DNA of 59,728 bases, counting the filler. It is 7 parts of 7 records of this genome, joined end to end, with 100 filler letters (N's around TTAATTAATTAA, not from the genome) between each part and the next. Parts side by side here need not be neighbours in the genome. Positions count along the whole stretch, not along the records: positions 45,806 to 54,028 come from SRR2962707_3048; positions 54,129 to 59,728 come from SRR2962707_3060; 5 more parts are not named here. One strand, written 5' to 3'. Under the pieces are notes generated by a model. The model was given only the letters and a program-made list of their open reading frames with translations, did no database searches and was not told where the DNA came from. Positions within the stretch are counted from its first letter, which is position 1, and each line of letters opens with the position of its first letter. The position numbers were made by a program, and so were the translations under genes. Shown here piece after piece: positions 51,310 through 59,728 of the stretch.

Positions 51310-52137
51310 ATGAAGAAAACCATTCTCATCACCGGTTCGACTGACGGCATAGGCCTGGAAACGGCCAAAGTCCTGACCGCCGCGGGACACAATGTGTTGC
51401 TGCACGGGCGCAATCCGCACAAGCTCACTGAGGCCGCCAAAACCCTCTCGGCATTGAGCAATGGCGGGGGCGTGGAAACCTATGTGGCCGACCTGTCGCG
51501 CATGGCTGATGTCGAAGCATTGGCAGCTGAGGTGACTGGGCGGCATGCAAGGCTTGATGTGTTGATCAACAATGCCGGTGTCTACCGGGCGGCCGAGCCA
51601 ATGACTGCGGAAGGGCTTGATATCCGGTTCGCGGTCAACACCATCGCCCCTTACCTGTTCACGCAACGGCTCTTGCCGCTGATGGAGCCATCGGGCCGTG
51701 TGATCAACCTGTCATCGGCCGCACAGGCACCGGTCGATCCGCAAGCCCTTTCCGGAAAAACCGGTCTCTCCGATGGTGCGGCTTATGCGCAAAGCAAGTT
51801 GGCTCTTACCATGTGGTCCCGCAGTCTGGGGCTGCAATTCAAGGGCAAAGGCCCGCTCGTTGTTTCGGTCAATCCCGGGTCCATGCTTGGCAGCAAGATG
51901 GTGAAAGAGGCCTTCGGTGTCGCAGGCGCCGACCTGGCCATCGGCGCGGACATACTCCGCCGCGCGGCGCTGGATAAAGAATTCGCCACGGCTGCGGGCC
52001 TCTATTTCGACAATGATTCAGGCCGCTTTGCCGATCCCCATCCCGACGCTCTCGATCTTCGCAAATCTCAGGAAATCCTGAGCCTTGTCGAATCGATCAT
52101 ATCCAGACTCACACAAGAACAGGAACAAATCCGATGA
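51310..52137 (+). CDS. SDR family oxidoreductase
   Basis: TGSTDGIG, NNAG and YAQSK motifs. Confidence 0.92.
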   Translation: MKKTILITGSTDGIGLETAKVLTAAGHNVLLHGRNPHKLTEAAKTLSALSNGGGVETYVADLSRMADVEALAAEVTGRHARLDVLINNAGVYRAAEPMTAEGLDIRFAVNTIAPYLFTQRLLPLMEPSGRVINLSSAAQAPVDPQALSGKTGLSDGAAYAQSKLALTMWSRSLGLQFKGKGPLVVSVNPGSMLGSKMVKEAFGVAGADLAIGADILRRAALDKEFATAAGLYFDNDSGRFADPHPDALDLRKSQEILSLVESIISRLTQEQEQIR

Positions 52138-53144
52138 AAGCAGTTGCCCTTACCCACTATCTTCCCGTTGAAAACCCCAAGGCGTTTCTTGACGTGGATC
52201 TTCCCAAGCCGGTCCGGTCCGGACGCGACATCCTTGTTGCAGTTAAGGCTGTGTCGGTGAACCCCGTCGATACCAAAGTCCGCGCCCCCAAGGAAACGGT
52301 CGAGAAAACACCCCGCGTTATCGGCTACGACGCCTCCGGCATCGTCGAGGCTGTCGGTCCTGACGTCACGCTGTTCAAGGTCGGGGACGAAGTCTACTAC
52401 GCCGGTGATATCACACGCTCGGGCACCAACCAGGAATTCCATCTGGTCGATGAGCGCATTGTCGGCTTCAAGCCCAAGAGCCTGAGCTTTGCCGAAGCGG
52501 CTGCTCTGCCGCTGACGACGATCACCGCCTATGAGGCGTTCTTCGACCGTCTCGGCATTGATCGCGATGGTGCCGACAAGGGGCAAACCATTCTTATTAT
52601 CGGTGCCGGTGGTGGCGTCGGTTCTATCGGCATTCAGCTCGCCAAGGCCGCCGGACTGGTCGTCATCGCCACGGCTTCCCGGCCGGAAACGACTGCCTGG
52701 GTCAAGCAACTCGGTGCAGACCACGTGGTCAATCACCGCGAGGACATGGTTGCGCAGGTTCGCGCACTCGGCTTCCAGCATGTCGACCACATCGCCATCT
52801 TCAACGACATGCGCCACTGGGAAACCGCGGTGGAACTTATCCGGGCCGAAGGTGCAATTGTCACCATTGACGACACCGATCAGCCAATGCCGATGGCCGG
52901 CATGAAGATGAAGGCCGCAAGCTTGCATTGGGAGTTCATGTTCGCCCGTGCAATGCATCAGACGCCGGACATGATCGAGCAACACAAATTGCTCACCTAC
53001 GTTGCTGCGGAAATTGATGCCGGCCGCATTCGCACCACGCTGGATACAGTACTGAGCCCGATCAACGCCGAGAACATGCGCAAGGCCCACGCTCTCATTG
53101 AAACGGGCGCTGCCAAGGGCAAGGTCGTCGTCGAAGGGTTCTGA
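52134..53144 (+). CDS. MDR-family NADPH:quinone oxidoreductase-like protein
   Basis: VNPVDTK, GYDASG, AAALPLT, GAGGGVGS and HWEFMF motifs. Confidence 0.9.
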   Translation: MKAVALTHYLPVENPKAFLDVDLPKPVRSGRDILVAVKAVSVNPVDTKVRAPKETVEKTPRVIGYDASGIVEAVGPDVTLFKVGDEVYYAGDITRSGTNQEFHLVDERIVGFKPKSLSFAEAAALPLTTITAYEAFFDRLGIDRDGADKGQTILIIGAGGGVGSIGIQLAKAAGLVVIATASRPETTAWVKQLGADHVVNHREDMVAQVRALGFQHVDHIAIFNDMRHWETAVELIRAEGAIVTIDDTDQPMPMAGMKMKAASLHWEFMFARAMHQTPDMIEQHKLLTYVAAEIDAGRIRTTLDTVLSPINAENMRKAHALIETGAAKGKVVVEGF

Positions 53145-53248
53145 TCATCCCGCACTGTTGAAAAGGCGTCTCAAGGCCATCGGTTCATCCCCGAGATCTA
53201 TCAGTTCGATCTGTAAACAGTCACCTAATACGGCTGTGAGAGCCAGGG

Positions 53249-53279
53249 CCCGGGCAGCAATGCCCGGGTTTTTGTTTTT
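53249..53279 (+). terminator. Intrinsic terminator
   Basis: cccgggca-gcaa-tgcccggg followed by tttttgttttt. Confidence 0.85.
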
Positions 53280-53445
53280 GGTGGAACTGGAAAGTGTGCG
53301 CCGCAGCGAATTTCAGTGATCAAACGCTTTCCGGCTCTTTCATAAGCCCGGGAAGCGTGGTACTTGCCGCTGCCAACGCGAGATACCCGAAACACCACCG
53401 GGCAGCCCGGTTTGGGCGGCCCCGAACACACGGAGCCGACAGGCG

Positions 53446-54028
53446 ATGGCAACCATAATCCAAACCATTACCGGCGCTGAAGCGCTGACTTTTGATGATG
53501 TGCTGCTGCAGCCCGGTCATTCGGAAGTGATGCCCGGCCAGGTCAATATCGCCACCCGCATTGCGCGCGATTTTGATCTTAATCTGCCAATCATCTCTTC
53601 GGCCATGGACACCGTCACTGAGGCACGGCTTGCCATTGCCATGGCGCAAGCCGGCGGTATCGGTGTCATCCACCGCAACCTGACCCCTGAAGAGCAGGCC
53701 GAGCAGGTCCATCAAGTCAAGAAATTCGAAAGCGGCATGGTCGTCAATCCGGTGACCATCAGCCCTGATGCGCCGCTCGCCGAAGCGCTGGCGTTGATGA
53801 AGGCGCATGGCATTTCGGGTATTCCGGTTGTCGAGCACCGTGGCGGTGCGAGCGATCCGGGACATTTGGTGGGCATCTTGACTAACCGCGACGTGCGGTT
53901 CGCAACGGATCCGAGCCAGAAGATCCATGAACTCATGACCCATGAGAACCTGATTACGGTCAAGGAAAGCGTCGAGCAGACCGAAGCCAAGCGTCTGCTG
54001 CACAGCCACCGCATTGAAAAGCTTGTTG
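53446..54028 (+). CDS. guaB: IMP dehydrogenase (3' truncated)
   Basis: LTFDDVLL, SSAMDTVTE, GGIGVIH and CBS domains. Confidence 0.96.
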
Positions 54029-54128
54029 NNNNNNNNNNNNNNNNNNNNNNNNNNNNNNNNNNNNNNNNNNNNTTAATTAATTAANNNNNNNNNNNNNNNN
54101 NNNNNNNNNNNNNNNNNNNNNNNNNNNN
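54029..54128. other. Artificial contig linker
   Basis: N-run + TTAATTAATTAA + N-run. Confidence 0.98.
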
Positions 54129-54404
54129 TTCTAGAGGCTCGGTAGAAATTCTGCGAGGACTCTCTTTCGTGACTGAATCGAGACTCTCTGTGTTTGTTTC
54201 TTCTTTTTTGGCGGTTGGTTTGCGGGCTGATCAACTCTCAGTTTTTGCTTCTTCTCGTTTTCATTTGTAGGTGTTCACTCTCTGTGAGGAGTGTGGCGAG
54301 GGAGAGCTGGTGCGTGGCTGAGTCGTCGTGATTCAGTGAGCCTTTGTGTGAGTCGCTCTCGACTTTTTCGCGAGGTTTTCGTCCGTTTTCGCGAGTGAGT
54401 GACC

Positions 54405-57400
54405 ATGCGCTCTCGCCCAGGGGGCCAGCATCCGCTGGAGAGGAGCCTCGCGGCTCGCCCGCTCGGGTCTCGAGACAGCAACTCCAGGAAGCCAACGAGC
54501 CTTTGTGCTGGTAGCTGCGTTGGAAGCCACCATGCTCGCAAGACCACACCAGCCACCACCACCACCACCTCCTCCTCCTCCTTATCTCAGCAAGCCTCGT
54601 CGACGCTTTCGTCCGTCGTGGAGACTTTCAAAGTCATGGCCCGGGTGAGGCCGCGACTTGCTCGTGAGATGCCCAACGAGAATGTACGGGTGCGAGACGA
54701 TTTCATCACCGTCACCGGAGATGTGGCGTACGCCTCCTCCACGCGGACCACCAGGCACAAGTTCGACCGTGTGTTCGATCGGTCTGCAGAGCAAGCAGAC
54801 GTGTACCAATCAGTGGCGCCACTCATTGAAGCCGCCTTCGACGGCTTCAATGCGACCATATTTGCGTACGGACAAACTGGCACCGGCAAGACACACACCA
54901 TGCTTGGAGTGGACATTTGGAACCTTGGGCAGCAGCACGAGACGAGTGTGCAGGAAGCCATCCGTTCTGTGGCCCGCACCAAAGAGCTTTGGGGAATCAT
55001 CCCGCGAGCCATGGAACACATTTTTGCGCACGTGGAGGACCAGCGTGACCGTTTTCAATTCAAGATATGGTGCTCTTATCTTGAAATTTACAAAGAGAAC
55101 GTCTACGACCTGCTGCACGACGAGGCCCGCCCAGGAGACCAGGGGCAACCGCTTGAGATCCGGGCCGTTGCTGGCGGCTCGTCCACTGCAGGCGGAGGGG
55201 CTGGTGGGAATGGGTCCGGTTCCGCGGTTGGCGGTGTATTCGTGCCCGATGCCACAGATGTCCGCGTGCAGACCGAAGAACAGGTCCTGGCCATGTTGTG
55301 GAAAGGAGCCAGAAACCGCGCAATTTCTGCCACCGACATGAATGCACACTCAAGCCGCAGTCACACTGTATTTCAGATCGTCGTGGAGCGCAAAGAACGT
55401 GGGCGCAAGGGCGCGTCTTCATTTTTGAGGTGCGGCTGGACCCAGTTTATTGCGTCATTAGGTGTCATCGTTGCGTTTGGGCCTTGCTTACGGTCTGCTG
55501 GTTGTGGCACCCCATGCATGTGTCAGATCGAAGATCAACCTTGTGGACCTTGCAGGTTCCGAAAAATGGAAGCCGCATCAACTCACTTCCTTTTCAACGA
55601 AACGAATTCAAGAAATGACGTCGATCAACAAGGTGGGTTTTGGGTCCTTATGTCGTCGTTTGGAAGTTTCATGCTGCACTTTGACTTGTTCTGCCCGAGA
55701 GCTTATTTTGACACATTGCGTGTGGCCAGAGTCTTTCCAACTTGGGCAATTGCGTTCGAGGGTTGCTCGCAGGCGATCGTCATATTCCGTACCGAAACTC
55801 CAAGCTTACGCGTCTCTTAGCCGACAGCCTTGGTGGCAACACCCGGACGGTTAGTTGTTTCGTTGGCCCCCAACCTCCCCCGTGCGAGCGAGGGGCCTGA
55901 TTTCCGCAACAACAATTGCAGTGCCACGCTCACTATCTGGCGCGTCTGTTGTATTGGTTGTATATCAGGCGTTCATTGTTACGGTCTCACCCTCAGTCGA
56001 GTCCGTTGGGGAAACGATCTCGACTTTGCAGTTTGCAGATCGCGCCAAAAAGGTTGTAATTGAAACAACAGTGAACCGGCATGCCCACTCGCGCCACTCA
56101 TCCGACGGGCAGCCCGCCTCGGCAGTAAATAGCGCTGGCTCTCCTGGTGCAGACACCCGCGCCCGCTGGAACCAAGAGTATGAAGCTGAGATACTAGAGC
56201 TCAAGACTCAGCTTCACGAGGCTTTGGCTGCCCAAAACGAGCGGAACGAGGAACAGATTCAAGCCCACAGGAAACCATCGCAACATAGTGAACCCTGCAG
56301 CAATGATTTAAACCGAGGAGACACCAAAAAAGGTGTTGATCACCAGAATGACGGTGACGAAGTTGTCGCACTGAGGAAGGAAAACTCAGACCTCCGCAAT
56401 CTTCTTGCTCGTACTGCCGGTGAGAAAATTGCCGATATTCCCAAGCTGGTGCGTACGGTGGCCCTCGTTTTTTGCGTGATGGCACTGGAAGCTTTGTGAT
56501 AAGTGTGTCGGTTGTTGACGTGTGCTTGTTGTGTCTACTCTATCTTAGGCGGAGTACCTTGCGACATTGGAGCAGTCTTCAAGTGGCGCAGCGGGAGCAC
56601 TGGACGCTGGCAGTCTTGAAGCTCTCGGAGGGCAAGGTACGGCCTGTCCCAGCTGCACACGCCGTGACACTGGACTGTGCCGCCAGCCAGGGAAACTGGC
56701 TTTTGACTGACTTTGCTTTTTTTCGTGCGCGCATTGTGCCCATCAATTTTTGTGACAACGGTCGATCCCAAAGGTCGCCTCACTCTGTTGGAATGGGCTG
56801 TGGTCTCTCAATCACATCATTTCGACGTTATCAAACGGCAGTTCCAAGATGACTTGGAAAAGGCACAGGGTCGGCTTTCTGCGCAGGAGCGGCAAATTGC
56901 TATAGCGGCGGCAAGAGAAGCTGGGCTCAAAAAGGAGCTTGAAGTAGCGCGCAAGGAGATTGCACGGCAACAGGCCCTTGTCTCTGTGTCTCATGCCAGC
57001 GCAAAGGCGGCGGCGGAGAGTCCGAAAGAATCGCTTGTCTCCCAATCGAAGAGTTTCCCGTCAACGAGCGGGTTTGTAAAAGAGGCAAGTGCGTTGGCAC
57101 AACAGGCTGGCGCAGTGCGCATGGCTCGCGACAGCATGGCAGCTCAGCAGCTGAAAAAGGAAGGGCGGGCACAAGGGCAGCCGCACAAACGAGAGGTGAA
57201 CGCATTCGACGCGGCTGGAAAGTTGATGTGTGAGACAGATGCTCCGTCGCTGTGGGCTGCCGCAGCTAAACTTTCACGTGCTTCTCAACCGATTGCGTCG
57301 CTTAGCTCGTCACAAGGCCGAAGTGTACCCATGGCTTCGGTTGGCGGCGTCCTTCCGAAGGACTTGACGCTCACGATGAGTGACGCTGTGTCAACTGAGG

Positions 57401-57876
57401 GAAAGAAAAAAAGTCAAGCGCCGTCATCTCAGCCTGATTCGAGCATGTCGTCATCAACGTCATCGACACTGTCCTCTAGCACCACGCCAGGCTCTTTTGC
57501 ATTGAAAAAATCTCAACCTCATCGCAGAATAGACGCAGACGAAAATCTGTCTGCGGATGTAGCTGTTCCGCGGCAGGACGATGGAAACAGTGGCGAACAG
57601 GGACACGTTCAGCAGCAGCTTCCTCGCACTTGGACATGGACGGAACATTTTGACAAAAACACAAAGCGAATGTACGTGCGCATTGATTTGAGATGACTGG
57701 TGCAACTTCAAAACACTTTTGGGCTGGTTCGAAGGTGCGGCAGTGACTTGCACGGTACTGAAACATAAGTGGCGTGCCGTTTCCACGACCATAGGTATTA
57801 CCACAACCGTGTAACGGGGGTGACATCGTGGGAAAAACCACCCTGCGCCTTTCGGCCTGCAAGACGGAAAATGTAA
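54405..57876 (+). CDS. Eukaryotic kinesin with coiled-coil stalk and C-terminal WW domain, multi-exon
   Basis: [46 protein letters not shown] and TLQFADRAK across introns (e.g. 55430-55526, 56637-56773, 57672-57794). WW domain [27 protein letters not shown]. Confidence 0.9.
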
Positions 57877-57968
57877 AGTAGGTGTCGATTTGCCCGCTGC
57901 AAGCGAAACTCTAGACAACGCACTTGTGGCAGGTTTTTGATTATAAAAATGCAAACGCAGCATTCAAA

Positions 57969-59728
57969 TCACTGCTTGCTTCCTGATTTTCGCGACTTGC
58001 GGCTGCGTTTTAAGCGGCCAGCCTCATCCAGGTTGCCATGCTGGCCAGCACGGCGCTTCATCATTTGATCTCGCACCTGATCAAGTACGGTCGGGAGCAA
58101 AGCACAGTCATTGCCATGCAACGTGCACACGCACTGCAACAGGCGGGCATTGGCAAAGTCGCGCATGGGCACACAAACACTGTGAACGGAACGCACCCGT
58201 GTCTTTTGAAGGAAGGGGTTATCAAAGTCCGTGGTGTCTTGGTCCGCCAAGTGGGTATACTTCGTGCGCCCAATTTTCCCGAAATTCTTCACCTGCAATA
58301 CCTTTGGCAGCTCTTGTTTGTTGAAGTGGTCTTCCAGCGTGGGCTCATTATAGTCTTTGCGCCGCACATCATTCTTGTCCGTGATGCTGTCATCATCCAT
58401 GTAAAATACACCCTTGTGGTAGTATCTGTATTGCACGACACCAAGATGCAAAGTAAAAAATCAGAACGAATGTCCGGGAGCGCGGATGCAAGTCTGCACG
58501 GTCCAACATGGACGGACTTTTGCATGAACTTGAGCTTGGACTTTTTGGCGTTGGGATCTTTCTTTAGCCCCGCGGCAATAAGTTCGGCATCCTCCTTTGC
58601 TCGCTCAGCATCCGTCAGACCTAGCCACAGACAAACACAACCGAAAATGTCAACTATAAAACTATAAAGGCAGCAACACACAGTTGCTCAAAGTCCCCGT
58701 GGTGCACGTGTTGATGGGCTTCCCCAGAAAGTCATCAATGCAATGTCACGCACCACGCCGGCGTTCCACCTCCGCTCGTTCCAGTTCGACCTTTCGACGA
58801 GCATCCCGGTCGCGCTGCAACCGCTTCAGCTCGCGTACCTTCCATGCTTCGTACTCTTCAAGGTCATTGGGGTCGTCCGTGTCATCAGGCATCTCACCGC
58901 CATCCTCATCGCCGGCTTCTTCGGCATCTTGCTCGGCCTGTATCTCGTCTACAACGAGCTGGCGAGTGGCAACGGCGCGGTGCTCGAGCTTCAGTGCCTC
59001 TGCGGCATACTTTGCTTCCTGCCGGGCTTCTTTGGCCTCTCGCGCTTTGATGGTGGCGCGCTGGCTCTTCGGGACAAACGTGGGTTTCTTCAAAGGAAAG
59101 GACCCTGGCCCGCCTGGGCCATCCTCGTCGCTGCTGTCGGTTTCCCAGGACCCAGATGAAGACTCTTCTTCCTCCTCCTCGTCTTCACCTGATTCATTCT
59201 CCGAGTCGGCGATCGGCAGCTCTTCGTCCTCGTCGTCTTGGCCTTCACCGTCGTCAACTTCCTGAGCCACCACCTTCTCCCTCGCGCGCAAACGCGAACG
59301 AATACGAGCTCGGCGCGCCATGATATCTTCCTCAGTCTCCGCCTGCTTGACACCTTGGACCTCGACGTCGCCCGCAACACGTTGCTCGGCGTCATTGCTG
59401 CCCAACGCAGTGCCGTCCTCGTCAACAGCAAGTGCAGCCGCTCGCCTTCGAGCGCGCGCACGAGCTCTGGCTCTTGCAGTTGCACCCCCATCGTCATCAT
59501 CGTCACCGTCATCACCATTGGCATTGCTTTTTCCGAATGGTCCACTCAAGGGTTGTGCAGCGTCTTCCTCCACTTCCTCTGCCTGAAAACGCCGCCGCCG
59601 TTGACTGGAGGGGCCACCACCTGCCGGTGACTGCACGGCAGCAGCTGCAGAAGCCGAGGTGTGCACCGAGTTGGCTGCAGCGTTCGGCCTTCGCGCAGTG
59701 CTACTACTACTACTACTACTACTACTAC
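57969..59728 (-). CDS. MFAP1: Microfibrillar-associated protein 1 (spliceosomal MFAP1/Spp381-like), multi-exon, 5' truncated
   Basis: [38 protein letters not shown] and [27 protein letters not shown] motifs. Confidence 0.9.
59701..59728. repeat. (CTA)n microsatellite (poly-Ser in the MFAP1 frame)
   Basis: ctactactac... to the end of the window. Confidence 0.85.

Noticed and set aside
53145-53279. Small RNA ending at the terminator
   Set aside because: No promoter or known family recognised; simpler to read as the 3' UTR of the redox operon.
9388-54128. Six recurring TTAATTAATTAA elements within N-runs
   Set aside because: Identical 100-nt artificial linkers; adjacency of genes across them has no biological meaning, so bacterial/eukaryotic juxtaposition is not evidence of HGT.

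Overview
This window is not one genomic locus. It is seven unrelated contigs joined by 100-nt artificial linkers (N-run + TTAATTAATTAA + N-run), as in a concatenated marine metagenome assembly. (1) 1-9387, Marinobacter-like: an HDOD histidine kinase and REC-PAS-GGDEF-EAL operon, divergent from an extended FlhG/MinD ATPase, a fatty acyl-CoA reductase and acs. (2) 9488-21370, high-GC Hyphomicrobiales (Parvibaculum-like): Hpt protein, compact GPR/RgsE/TipN-like polar protein, Mla/Pqi MCE transporter, cytochrome c, a sigma-EcfG stress pair, a CHASE2 pseudo-adenylate cyclase and dgcA. (3) 21471-29713, (4) 29814-35659 and (7) 54129-59728 are intron-containing protist DNA (lineage uncertain, possibly stramenopile). 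They encode a ~1810-aa PH/coiled-coil protein, a spliced eukaryotic QueH, a multi-pass membrane protein, a bacterial-type mitochondrial acyl-CoA dehydrogenase, a kinesin-WW protein and MFAP1. (5) 35760-45705, low-GC Rhizobiales core locus: hemB, ldtR, L,D-transpeptidase, glyA, nrdR, ribD, ribE, nusB (no ribH), MFS, hppA. (6) 45806-54028, Rhizobiales (Hoeflea-like): tRNA-Gln, ppx, rlmE, MFS, a LysR/redox cassette and guaB. The most notable signals are the intron-bearing eukaryotic QueH with intact Cys motifs, the catalytically degenerate CHASE2 cyclase, the Marinobacter c-di-GMP/FlhG/FAR cluster and a duplicated unnamed domain in the protist PH protein. All calls are by eye from motifs; no database searches were run.
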